A stretch of 64,000 nucleotides of DNA from a bacterium (lineage in GTDB: Bacteria; RBG-13-61-14; DATKZS01). Numbering within the stretch: position 1 is the stretch's first letter; every line of letters begins with the position of its first letter. The notes under the pieces were generated by a model. That model was given only the letters and a program-made list of their open reading frames with translations, made no database searches and was not told the origin of the DNA. A program made the position numbers and the translations under genes. Location: NCBI GenBank assembly GCA_963674965.2, contig CAXXFL010000002.1:448001-512000 (forward strand). The letters are read 5' to 3'. Positions 47,466 through 56,687 of the stretch are shown one piece after another.

Positions 47466-48548
47466 TCAGGTCTTCAGCAACTTATAAAAGCACCGGACCG
47501 TCTCTTCCTTCTCGTCGTCCCAAAGGTGCATCGAGTTGCCCTGGCAGCGTCTCCACTGGCCGCAGTCCAGGCACGGTCCTTTCCGCATCCAGTCCCGCTC
47601 ACGGAAGGGACCGAAGCGCTCCTCCCAGACCGTCCGCAGGTCGTCGGTCTTCACGTTGCCCTGGATAAGAGAACGGGAAACGTTGGGACAGGCCGAGATG
47701 GCGCCATCGGACAGGACCGAGCCGATGGCTATCCCGGCGCGGCAGAAATAGGGCTCGTCTCGGATGGCCCGGTCCACGTCGGCCGGGAAGTAGCCCTCGC
47801 AGCAGAAGTCCACGTGGAACCCGCTTCCCTTTAAGCGCCTCCTCGTCCGGGATATCCAGACGATGAGGTCACGAGTTTCACTAACCGATAAAATCAACTC
47901 CTCGTTTTTCGCCGCCCGGCCCTTGGGAAAAATAAGGAAAAGACGCCAGTAGGAAACCCCCTTGTCCATGAGAAAGGCCATTACCTGGTCAAGCTCGGGC
48001 AGGTTCCTCGGGTTGACGCAGGTCACCACGTCGAAAAGGGGAAAGCCCGCCTCGACGGCGCGCCCGATACCGGCGACCGCCCTCTTGAAGCTGCCCCTCC
48101 TCCCTCGCAGCCAGTCGTGGTTATCCTCCAGCCCGTCAAGGCTGATCGTCATGCTCGAGAGGCGGTCCTCCTTGAGCAGGCGAATGGCCGAGTCGTCAAG
48201 AAGGTAACCGTTCGTGACCATGCCCCATTTGAGGCCCTCATCCCTCAGCCCGGCCGCCACTTTCGCGAAGTCCGGACGGCAAAGAGGCTCTCCGCCCGTG
48301 ACCACCGCCATGAGTTTCTCGACGTCGAAGTTTTGTTTGACGTAATGGAAAAGGCCCAGCCAGTCTTTGAGAGTCAGTTCCTCGGAGCGGGGCGCGCTTC
48401 CGCAGTCGCTTCCGCAGTGGAGACAGTTGAGGTTGCACCGCTGGGTTATCTCGAGGAAGAGGTACCGTAAAGGATGAACGTCCGTTTCCAGGCGCCTGTA
48501 AATCGGATGAACGAGGCGCCGGAGCACGGGCCGGTCGAGAAAGGACAT
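47466..48548 (-). CDS. Radical SAM/SPASM enzyme (rSAM/lipoprotein system, TIGR04133-like)
   Basis: HPLRYLFLEITQRCNLNCLHCGSDC, TGGEP, CEGY, FCRAG..DGAISAC, CLDC...CQGNSMH. Confidence 0.88.
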   Translation of the reverse strand: MSFLDRPVLRRLVHPIYRRLETDVHPLRYLFLEITQRCNLNCLHCGSDCGSAPRSEELTLKDWLGLFHYVKQNFDVEKLMAVVTGGEPLCRPDFAKVAAGLRDEGLKWGMVTNGYLLDDSAIRLLKEDRLSSMTISLDGLEDNHDWLRGRRGSFKRAVAGIGRAVEAGFPLFDVVTCVNPRNLPELDQVMAFLMDKGVSYWRLFLIFPKGRAAKNEELILSVSETRDLIVWISRTRRRLKGSGFHVDFCCEGYFPADVDRAIRDEPYFCRAGIAIGSVLSDGAISACPNVSRSLIQGNVKTDDLRTVWEERFGPFRERDWMRKGPCLDCGQWRRCQGNSMHLWDDEKEETVRCFYKLLKT

Positions 48549-48552
48549 CCGG

Positions 48553-48945
48553 TCACTCGGCTTTATTCAGCTCCACCAGGCATTCCGCGGCAAGTTCCTC
48601 GCTCGGGACCGAGCGGGCGCCGTAGCGGCCGCCGTTGTCGCCCTCGTCCACGTCCGTGAAGGATAATGACTGGCAGGCCGGCATGTTCATGGTGCTGAAG
48701 GCCCCGTCCGCGCCGCTCACGGTCGAGCCGTACTCGGTCCCCTCCACCAGGCAGGACACGCGGATGCCGGGAATGCCCGACTTGGTCCCCGCGTCGATGA
48801 CCTTGCCCGACTTTAAATTAGGCGGGACCTGGTCGAGTTCCTGGTTCTCGTCGTAAACCTTCGAGGGCGGACCGTAACAGGCGGCCAGCACCACCGGAAA
48901 ACAAAAGGTTACGGCGCCCAATAAGGCCTTCTTGACTTTCTTCAT
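48553..48945 (-). CDS. rSAM-associated lipoprotein (TIGR04134-like)
   Basis: LAAC lipobox followed by YGPP; DVDEGDNGG motif; 4 bp gap to the rSAM gene. Confidence 0.75.
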   Translation of the reverse strand: MKKVKKALLGAVTFCFPVVLAACYGPPSKVYDENQELDQVPPNLKSGKVIDAGTKSGIPGIRVSCLVEGTEYGSTVSGADGAFSTMNMPACQSLSFTDVDEGDNGGRYGARSVPSEELAAECLVELNKAE

Positions 48946-49301
48946 TACCGGTCCTCCTTACTCGATTATTGTAGCACGGACAACAAGGATTGCTCCAATA
49001 AATACCTTCGTGTTTGTTCCTAAGGTAATTGGAACGTTCCCTATGCCCTTTTGTTCTGGATAGATGACGTTTTTTGGTGAATTTTCCACCGCCTACTCGC
49101 GAGCCCGGGATGCCTTTTTGGTTAAAAAGCCGTAAGAATAAGGGTTTTCGTTTAATAATCAATATATATGCCGGGCCACGTCATGGATGCACAAAGTGTT
49201 TGCATCCCGATCTTTCCTGCATCCACTCTTTTTTTTCCCGGGACGGCGTGCTATCATTGATTGAAATGGGAGACGGCTCCCACGAAATATAGTAATTTAA
49301 T

Positions 49302-49327
49302 GCCGCTCGCCTTGGGCGGCTTTTCTT
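49302..49327 (+). terminator. Intrinsic terminator-like hairpin in the leader of the DMT gene
   Basis: GCCGCTC-GCCTT-GGGCGGC-TTTTCTT. Confidence 0.55.
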
Positions 49328-49404
49328 AACCTGAAACCCCGCGGGCGTCGGCCCTCGGGGTTTTCCAGATCGGGACGCCGAGTCCTTTTTATGGAGTGAC
49401 CGCG

Positions 49405-49752
49405 ATGAGAATCGCGCCCATCGTGCTCCTTGTGTTCTCGAACCTTTTCATGACCTACGCCTGGTACGGGCATTTGAAGGACCTGCGCGCCAAGCCGCTT
49501 TTAATCGTCATACTGGTCAGTTGGGGCGTGGCCTTTTTCGAGTATTGCCTGCAGGTCCCCGCCAACCGCATCGGAGCGGGCTACTTCAGTCTGGCCCAGC
49601 TCAAGATCATCCAGGAGATTGTCACCATGTCCGTGTTCGCGGGCTTTTGCGTTTTCTATATGAAGGAGCAATTGACCTGGGACTTTCTTTGGGCCGGACT
49701 ATGCCTGGTGGGCGCTGCCTTCTTTATGTTCCGCCATCTCCAGATCGGCTAA
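49405..49752 (+). CDS. DMT family small membrane protein (DUF486-like)
   Basis: SNLFMTYAWYGHLK, SWGVAFFEYCLQVPANRIG, QLKIIQE; alternative start GTG 49396. Confidence 0.9.
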   Translation: MRIAPIVLLVFSNLFMTYAWYGHLKDLRAKPLLIVILVSWGVAFFEYCLQVPANRIGAGYFSLAQLKIIQEIVTMSVFAGFCVFYMKEQLTWDFLWAGLCLVGAAFFMFRHLQIG

Positions 49753-50028
49753 AAGTGGATTCATAAGATTTCGGGGGGGCCAAGTGATTTTGTCTTTTAC
49801 CCCGGCGGGACTAAGGTCAGCCAAATCGCGGCGCCCGAGACTGAAGTATCCAAGTTAGTGTAACCGCCCGATTCGACTGCCGTTTTACCACTCAGTAAAA
49901 ATGTACTAAAAAATTGACCACTTGCGCAATTTTTCGAGAAATCTTGCCGATGATAAAATACATCATTTGGCCGCCATTGCCATGAAATTGGAATTCTCGA
50001 GGCGGTCGGCGTAAAAAGGGAGATTGAC

Positions 50029-51138
50029 ATGAGCGGAACATACTTTATTACCGGCGTTACGGGGTTCGTGGGCCAGGAGGTAATGAGCCTTCTTTGCGCC
50101 GACGGGGCGGAAAAGATATATTGCTTTGCCCGCGCCTCCAAGGACCTTCCGGCCGAGACGCGTCTCAAGCTGATCCTTTCCGATCTGGACATACCCGACG
50201 ACGGCCGCGTGGCGCTGGTCGAGGGTGACATCCGCAAAGAGCGCATGGGCATCGAAGACAAGCTCTACGAGGAGATTTGCGCGAGCGTGACGCACATCAT
50301 CCATTCGGCGGCGGACGTGAGGTTCAACCGGCCTCTTGAAAAGATGCGCCGCATCAACGTTGACGGCACGCGGCACGTTCTGCGCCTGGCCAAGGACTGC
50401 CTGAAGCGCAACCCGGATTTCTCGCACGTGTCCTACGTGAGCACCACCTTTGTGGCAGGCCGCCGCTCGGGAGTGGTCAAGGAGGACGAACTTAACGGTG
50501 AAGCCGGATTTAAGAACACCTACGAGTTGACCAAGTACGAGGCCGAGGTCATAGTCAGGAGCTGGATGGGCGAGATTCCCATTATCATCTATCGTCCCTC
50601 CATCGTGATGGGGGCCTCGGAGACGGGCCGGGCCAAGAAGAACAACGTGGTCTATCCCTTGCTGAGGCTCCTGACCAACTGGAACTGGCCGGTAATCTCG
50701 GTGAACAACCGCACCACCATGGACGTGGTCCCCGTCGATTTCGTGGCCAAGGCCATGCTCCACATATCCAAGGACCCGGAGAACTACGGCAAATGCTTCC
50801 ACCTCGCCGCCGGCACGCCTGGGGACATGCCCTTCCGGGAATTCTTCTCCATCGTGAAGGAAGTCTTCGGAAAGAGGGTGATAAATATTCCGCCCATTTT
50901 ATGGAGACTGGTGGTAAGGCCTCTTCTAATGACGTTCAAGCGCTCCTATTACGAGAAGAGCACGGGCATATTCCGGGCCTTCACTTCGTATATATGGGAG
51001 TACAACCCCCGCTTCAGCGTGGACGAGGCCAAGGAGGCACTGGCCGATTCGGGCGTCAAGCTCCCCGACACCACGGCCTTTCTTCGGGTTTGCTTCAAGC
51101 GCGCCATCGAGACGGACTTCGGACGCAAGGAGGAGTAG
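50029..51138 (+). CDS. Extended SDR, fatty acyl-CoA/thioester reductase-like (NAD_binding_4)
   Basis: ITGVTGFVG, IHSAADVRF, NTYELTKYEAE, YRPSIV, VPVDFVA. Confidence 0.87.
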   Translation: MSGTYFITGVTGFVGQEVMSLLCADGAEKIYCFARASKDLPAETRLKLILSDLDIPDDGRVALVEGDIRKERMGIEDKLYEEICASVTHIIHSAADVRFNRPLEKMRRINVDGTRHVLRLAKDCLKRNPDFSHVSYVSTTFVAGRRSGVVKEDELNGEAGFKNTYELTKYEAEVIVRSWMGEIPIIIYRPSIVMGASETGRAKKNNVVYPLLRLLTNWNWPVISVNNRTTMDVVPVDFVAKAMLHISKDPENYGKCFHLAAGTPGDMPFREFFSIVKEVFGKRVINIPPILWRLVVRPLLMTFKRSYYEKSTGIFRAFTSYIWEYNPRFSVDEAKEALADSGVKLPDTTAFLRVCFKRAIETDFGRKEE

Positions 51139-51281
51139 CGCTAAGTTTGGTCTTTTATTTTTCGACCTCGGCCGACGCGGGACATGCGTTTCTTCGCGAG
51201 CTCATGAATAATTATCGCCATCAAATATTCAGTTCTCGTCGCGTAAGCGATAGAAATAAAAACGGCGATCCAACGGTTTCG

Positions 51282-51378
51282 CCGGCCTTAAAATAAAATC
51301 TCGAAGACGGCGAGGCGGCGCGGTCCGGCGCGGCGGCGATTGAGTCGGACCTCCACTATCCCACCGACGCTTCGCTTC
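51282..51378 (+). pseudogene. Decayed fragment of an ISNCY-like transposase
   Basis: Translates PALK*NLEDGEAARSGAAAIESDLHYPTDASL, colinear with LAIKKKVEDGEAVRADTAVAEANIHYPTDASL (8051-8147). Confidence 0.75.
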
Positions 51379-51423
51379 CGTTAGTCCTTCTTGATCTTGC
51401 AAGCAGTATCGGATAATCTTTTC

Positions 51424-52605
51424 ATGATGGGCGAGGATAACAAGAACGCCAAAGACGGACGACTGGGAGACCTGTTAGTCGAGCGAAAGCTTATTACCGG
51501 CGAGCAGCTCGATCAGGCCGTCCAGTGCCAGGTTCTTTTCGGCGGCCGGCTGGGGGTCAACCTCCTCGAGTTGGGCTTCATCGAGGAGGATACCCTGCTC
51601 GACCTCCTCAAGACCAAGTACGGAGTGAAGTCCGCCACCCGGCGGGACCTTGACGACGTAAAAAAGGAAACCATCGCGCTGGTCCCGAGAAGGATCGCCG
51701 AGAAACATCTTGTCATCCCCGTAAAGCTGGAGGAGGAAGAACTCGAGATAGCCCTGCTCGATCCCTGGCGGGAAAGCTCGATCCGGGTCCTTACCGAGGT
51801 GTCCGGCCTCAAGATCAACCCGGTCATCGCCCTCGAGTTGGACGTGTACTGGGCGCTCGAGAAATACTACGGAGTTAAAAGGGACACCCGTTACGTGAAC
51901 CTCGACCGCTGGCTCGAGCACCGCAAGGCCTTGAAGCTCGAGCGGGAGGAGGCCAAAAGAACCATCGAGGAGAGGGCGGAAATTTACGACTCCGAGCCGC
52001 TTTTGCCCGATCCCAACAGCATCACCGCCCTGGAGGGCCAGCCCCGGGACTTGAACGACTTCTGGGACCGGGTGGGCAGGACGGGACATCCCGAGTTTCT
52101 TCTCGCCCGGGTGAAACAGGACCTGGAGAGGGCTATATCGAGGGACGAGGTGGCCATGGTGGTGCTCGACTTCGCTGCCATGAGCTTCAACCGCGCCGTC
52201 CTTTTCGTGGCCAACGACGACATGCTTTTCGGGTGGGACGCCAGGGGGGAAGGTCTGAACACCAGGGCCGCCCTCGCCCTCATGATCCCACTCTCGAGGC
52301 GGAGCATGTTCAAGACCGTCGTCGAGACCGGCGCCTATTTCCTGGGTCCGGTGCCCGACTCGCCCATCAACAAGAGGTTCCTCGCGGCCCTGGGACCGAC
52401 CGAGCCCAAGACGGTCCTCCTCCTTCCCGTGTTCGTGGCGGGCAAGGTGGTGGCCATATTATACGGGGACATGGGACACGACCAGAAAATCTCCGGCAAG
52501 CTGGCGCCCATCCAGAGCGCCGTGTCTCAAGCCGGCCTGGCCTTCGAGAGGATGATACTGTCCAAAAAACAGGCCCCGGCCACCCCGCCGAAGAAGGAAG
52601 AATAA
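51424..52605 (+). CDS. MshEN/T2SSE_N-domain protein with GAF-like C-terminus, no ATPase
   Basis: RLGDLLVERKLITGEQLDQAVQCQ..GRLGVNLLELGFI; C-terminal LLLPVFVAGKVVAILYGD. Confidence 0.78.
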   Translation: MMGEDNKNAKDGRLGDLLVERKLITGEQLDQAVQCQVLFGGRLGVNLLELGFIEEDTLLDLLKTKYGVKSATRRDLDDVKKETIALVPRRIAEKHLVIPVKLEEEELEIALLDPWRESSIRVLTEVSGLKINPVIALELDVYWALEKYYGVKRDTRYVNLDRWLEHRKALKLEREEAKRTIEERAEIYDSEPLLPDPNSITALEGQPRDLNDFWDRVGRTGHPEFLLARVKQDLERAISRDEVAMVVLDFAAMSFNRAVLFVANDDMLFGWDARGEGLNTRAALALMIPLSRRSMFKTVVETGAYFLGPVPDSPINKRFLAALGPTEPKTVLLLPVFVAGKVVAILYGDMGHDQKISGKLAPIQSAVSQAGLAFERMILSKKQAPATPPKKEE

Positions 52606-52618
52606 TTCGCCTCCTTCC

Positions 52619-54343
52619 TTACTTTACTTTGAGAGTACGCATCCTGTTGATGGCCGCGGCGACCTCGAAGGCTCGAGGCTCGGCCAGGTTGCCCATGCCT
52701 CGCGGGTTGGCCGCCTCGAGTCCCTTCTCGGCAACGTCTCGCGCCATGGCCTCGACGCCGTCCTTCAAATCGACCCGCTCCTTTAAATATTTCGTCGAGT
52801 AGAGCCGGATCAACTCGCCTATCGCCCTGGTTTGGCTTTCGTCAACCAACTGGCCGAGGGCGGAAACGTCGATGGTCGTCTCGCCGTATTGAATGTGGCC
52901 AAGACCCCTGGCGACAATTTTGACTTCCCTTTTACCCTTCCTGGCGTCAAAGGACTCGGCCGCTGGGAAACGGGAAGAGTTATTCCGACTGAAGCCGCCG
53001 GACTCGGGGGCTCTTCCGGTGGGATATTGCCCGGCGACCCGGGCCGCCTTGTCCGTCACGTCCATGGGAGCGTACTCGTCCATCTGGATCACCGCGTCGG
53101 CCACGTCCAGGTAATCCCCCGATCCGCCCACCACGATAACGGTGGAGCAGCCCTTTTCCCGATAGATATCCCGGACCCTGTCGATGAACGGCGTGATCGG
53201 CTCTTTGCCCTTCTCGACCAGGACCTGCATCCTCCGGTCGCGGATCATGAAGTTGGTGGCCGAGGTGTCTTCATCGACCAGCAAAGCCTTGGCCCCCATC
53301 TCGAGGGCCTCCATGATGTTGGCGGCCTGGGAGGTCGAGCCCGAGGCGTTGTCCGTGCTGAACCTCTTCGTGTCCTTGCCAAAGGGGAGGTTGTCGATAA
53401 AGGGCGAGATGTCCACGGCCTCGACGCGTCTTCCGTCCTCCGCCCGAATCTTCACCGCGCCTCCGATGGTCGCCACCAACTCCCTGCCATCGCCCGGCAC
53501 GTGGGGGTAGACGCCAAGGGAAACGGCCTCGAGAAGGGTGCTCTTCCCGTGAAAGCCTCCTCCCACGATCAGCGTCACCCCCTCCGGAACGCCCATGCCC
53601 GCCACCTTCCTTCCCCCCGGCAGGGACATCTCGACGCGCAGTTGGGGCGGACTTTGAAACCTCACCGCGGAGGGTGAATTTAATGGACGCGGGTCCACGC
53701 CCGATCGTCTCGGGAGAAGCGAGCCGTCGGCGATAAAGGAGACGAGGTTTTTTCCGGCCAGCCCTTTTTGCAGCTCGGTCCAGTCCTCGACCGTCCGGGA
53801 GTGCTCGCCAAGGGCCGCCATGTCCAGGGCCCTCGCCGAGAGGGAGTCGGCCACGATCCTCGGGACCTCCTCGATCAGCATGGCCTCGGCTTGCCGGCCG
53901 AGAACGGTCCGTCCCCGGGCCGGGAGTCCCGCGGTGAACCTGACCTCGATACGATCGTCCGAAACGAAGACGGCCGTCCGCCTCAGTATCTCCTGGCCGC
54001 CGGAGTCGATCTCGATCAGGCCGCTCTTGCCCATGCCCCGCGGCCCGCTCCGGCTGGACTTGGTCTTTTTAATGGCGCGGGAGAAGGCGCGGGCGAGGAA
54101 GTCGGCCAGGGCCAGGCGGGTGGGGGCTTCGGCGTCAAGGCCGGGAGTGAAGCCGTTTCGTCTCCTGTCCACCTCGACGCGCAGCCTGGACGGAGACGCG
54201 AAGGGGTCTCCCTGCACGTGGTCCACGCGAAGGATGAAGCCGCCCATGTCGTAGGGACCGGCCAGGTCCTTGTAAGACCCGTAGCCTTTGCCGTCGATCC
54301 TACGGAGCTCGGCCGCCAATTGAGTTTTGTCTTTCATGGCCAT
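52619..54343 (-). CDS. Predicted ABC-class ATPase (ABC_ATPase family)
   Basis: DHVQGDPFA, GGGFHGKST, RAEDGR, ASGSTSQAA, DEDTSATNFMIRD. Confidence 0.9.
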   Translation of the reverse strand: MAMKDKTQLAAELRRIDGKGYGSYKDLAGPYDMGGFILRVDHVQGDPFASPSRLRVEVDRRRNGFTPGLDAEAPTRLALADFLARAFSRAIKKTKSSRSGPRGMGKSGLIEIDSGGQEILRRTAVFVSDDRIEVRFTAGLPARGRTVLGRQAEAMLIEEVPRIVADSLSARALDMAALGEHSRTVEDWTELQKGLAGKNLVSFIADGSLLPRRSGVDPRPLNSPSAVRFQSPPQLRVEMSLPGGRKVAGMGVPEGVTLIVGGGFHGKSTLLEAVSLGVYPHVPGDGRELVATIGGAVKIRAEDGRRVEAVDISPFIDNLPFGKDTKRFSTDNASGSTSQAANIMEALEMGAKALLVDEDTSATNFMIRDRRMQVLVEKGKEPITPFIDRVRDIYREKGCSTVIVVGGSGDYLDVADAVIQMDEYAPMDVTDKAARVAGQYPTGRAPESGGFSRNNSSRFPAAESFDARKGKREVKIVARGLGHIQYGETTIDVSALGQLVDESQTRAIGELIRLYSTKYLKERVDLKDGVEAMARDVAEKGLEAANPRGMGNLAEPRAFEVAAAINRMRTLKVK

Positions 54344-54404
54344 CCTTGCCCTGAGACGGCGGGGCCGCCTCTATCGCGCCTCGCCCGGGCAGGGGACGGG
54401 GACT

Positions 54405-55430
54405 TCAGTCGTCCCGGGTTTGAAAAGAGCTTTTCAAAAGGGGCGAGAGCATGGCGTTAATTATGCGCTTGATCGTGGCCTCGTCCAGGGCCGCGTCGTC
54501 GATAACGGTGTAAGGGAGCTTGTTGTCCCTGACGTAGCCGGGAAGGGCCGAGATCACCTCGCCGATCTGATCGGCCGTGAGGCCCAGGTCCTCCGGTTTC
54601 CAGGGCACGCGCAGCCAATGGAGGAACTGCTTGGCGGGCCTGCTCGATTTTCTTTGCAGTTCCATCATCAGGATTACGCCCATGCAGATAAGGGCCCCCC
54701 GCCTTGGCGAGACGCCCAGTTTCAGCTCCGCCAGGTCGGCGAAGAAGTGGGCCGATCCCTCGATGGGCCTTCTCGATCCCACTTTCCGGGCCAGTTCCTC
54801 GCGGGCGATCAAAAGCTCGACCAGGCGCCGTATGCCGCTTTCCGTCAGCTCGCCGATTTCGTCGGCCCAGTCGAACAACTCGCCCACCAGGTCCACCGCC
54901 CGCTCGGCCACGTTTTCGGTCAGCCCCTTCAGGCCCGCCAGATTGGCTATGCGGCAGTCCTCCACGGTGGGGGAGATGGCCAACAGCTCTCCAACTCCAG
55001 TCCTGGTCAGGGCCTCATGCTCGCCCCAAATGAGACCCGAGTCGACGATCAAAAGATCGGTTTCCTTCTCGCCGATTATCTTGGGCGCGCCCTTGTCCCT
55101 CTCGATAACGTCGCGCCTGACCGCGGACTCCCCGTCGATGGCGGTGGGTACCACCACCAGGTCGGCCCCCGAGGCGAGGGCGGCCCTCCGGGCTATCTCG
55201 ATAATCCTGCCATGTCCCGCGGCCAGCACCGTGCCCGCCTTTTCCGACTTCACTTTCTCGACGGTCGCCGACGACCCGACGCCGGCGGCGTCCACCACCA
55301 GGTCGACCCTGGCCGCCAGGCGGCCCTCCATCATTTTCCACCACTCGGGACCGGTCACGGCCAGAAGAGGGCCGGCGAAATTTTCCTCGCCCAGCGCCTC
55401 CAACAACTTTTGTCCAAACCTTGTTTCCAT
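54405..55430 (-). CDS. Glycerol-1-phosphate dehydrogenase/Fe-ADH-like fold protein, divergent
   Basis: VVVPTAIDG, LLIVD, GVGELL, SRRPIEGSAHFF; canonical GGG-D motif appears altered. Confidence 0.6.
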   Translation of the reverse strand: METRFGQKLLEALGEENFAGPLLAVTGPEWWKMMEGRLAARVDLVVDAAGVGSSATVEKVKSEKAGTVLAAGHGRIIEIARRAALASGADLVVVPTAIDGESAVRRDVIERDKGAPKIIGEKETDLLIVDSGLIWGEHEALTRTGVGELLAISPTVEDCRIANLAGLKGLTENVAERAVDLVGELFDWADEIGELTESGIRRLVELLIAREELARKVGSRRPIEGSAHFFADLAELKLGVSPRRGALICMGVILMMELQRKSSRPAKQFLHWLRVPWKPEDLGLTADQIGEVISALPGYVRDNKLPYTVIDDAALDEATIKRIINAMLSPLLKSSFQTRDD

Positions 55431-55476
55431 ATTTTATTTACACCGCCAAAAAATATTTACATGGACGAGAAAAGGA

Positions 55477-55923
55477 TCACTCGTCCAGCATGTCAATCCT
55501 TTCCTTGTGCCGCCCGCCCTTGAAACGGGAGGACAGCCAGGACTCGAGGGCGTCGACCGCCACCGCGTCCCCAATTACGCGGGCGCCGAAAACGAGGACG
55601 TTGGCGTCGTTGTGCTCCCTGGCCATGCGGGCCGTAAAGGAGTCGTGGACCAAGGCGGCCCGGACCCCGCGAAAACGGTTGGCCGTCATGCTCATGCCGA
55701 TGCCGGTCCCGCAAATGAGGACGCCCAGATCGTACTCGCCCCCCGCCACGGCCTTGGCCACCTTCTTGCCGAAGTCCGGGTAGTTGACGCTCTTCCTGAC
55801 CTTGGGTCCCATGTCCTTGACCTCGTGTCCCCTTTGCCGGAGATAGTCGGCCAGGGTCTTTTTCAAATCGATCGCCGCGTGATCGCCCGCGATGGCGATG
55901 GTGGGAAGCCTGGATTTTTTCAT
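55477..55923 (-). CDS. rpiB: Ribose-5-phosphate isomerase B
   Basis: IAGDHA, YPDF, ICGTGIGMSMTANR, REHNDANVL, GGRH. Confidence 0.95.
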   Translation of the reverse strand: MKKSRLPTIAIAGDHAAIDLKKTLADYLRQRGHEVKDMGPKVRKSVNYPDFGKKVAKAVAGGEYDLGVLICGTGIGMSMTANRFRGVRAALVHDSFTARMAREHNDANVLVFGARVIGDAVAVDALESWLSSRFKGGRHKERIDMLDE

Positions 55924-55982
55924 GGAGTCTCTCCTCACGGGTTTTTTCGTTGAATCGGCCCCGACAAAGGGGGACTAATCCA

Positions 55983-56687
55983 TTATTGGGCCTTTTTGCT
56001 CATGGACTCGGCCATGACCTTGAAGTACTTGTAAGTGTCGGGCAGGGTCTTGTCCATGGCGAAGGCGGTAAAGGGCCCGGTGGCCGGTATATCGAGGTCG
56101 ATGTGTATTTCATTGATGGCCAGCGTTTTGCCGCCCTCGGCGGGGCCCAGTTTCCAGCTTCCGTAATCCTCCTTGATGTTTCCCGCCAGTCTTTTCCAGG
56201 TCTGGAGCATTTCCTTGTCGTCGTGCGATATCTCGAGCAGGACCCACCGGTCGCTGACGGGCCAGGGGAAATCGTTTCTCTGATAGGAGTAGACCGTCCA
56301 CTTGCCGGGGGCCGGCTCTTTTTTGTATCCGGCCTTATTGTCCTTGAGAAGCTTCTCGACCTCGTCGGCGTCCACGTCCCCGGCCTCGACCACCTTGTCT
56401 TTAGTCTCCTCGTCGAGCAGGAGGCTGACCGTGGTCCTGTCCATATAGTCGTCGTAAAGCTCGAGCGACCCTATTACCTTCCACATGGTCTCGGGAGGAT
56501 AATCGAACAGCCCGGCGCTCCAGGCCCCGCTCTGGGTCCCTCCCTCCTTCTCGACGGCCTTCACTATCTCGCCCTTGTTAAGGGCCTTCCAGTCCTCGGC
56601 CGTCAGGTCCCGGCCCAGTCCGGCCGCGACGAAAGAGGCGGCCAGGAGGACCAGGATAAAAGCGGCGCCAATCACTCGGGTCTTCAT
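55983..56687 (-). CDS. Exported SRPBCC/START-fold protein
   Basis: Signal peptide; PPETMWKVI, FPWPVSDRW, GNIKEDYGSWKL. Confidence 0.7.
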   Translation of the reverse strand: MKTRVIGAAFILVLLAASFVAAGLGRDLTAEDWKALNKGEIVKAVEKEGGTQSGAWSAGLFDYPPETMWKVIGSLELYDDYMDRTTVSLLLDEETKDKVVEAGDVDADEVEKLLKDNKAGYKKEPAPGKWTVYSYQRNDFPWPVSDRWVLLEISHDDKEMLQTWKRLAGNIKEDYGSWKLGPAEGGKTLAINEIHIDLDIPATGPFTAFAMDKTLPDTYKYFKVMAESMSKKAQ

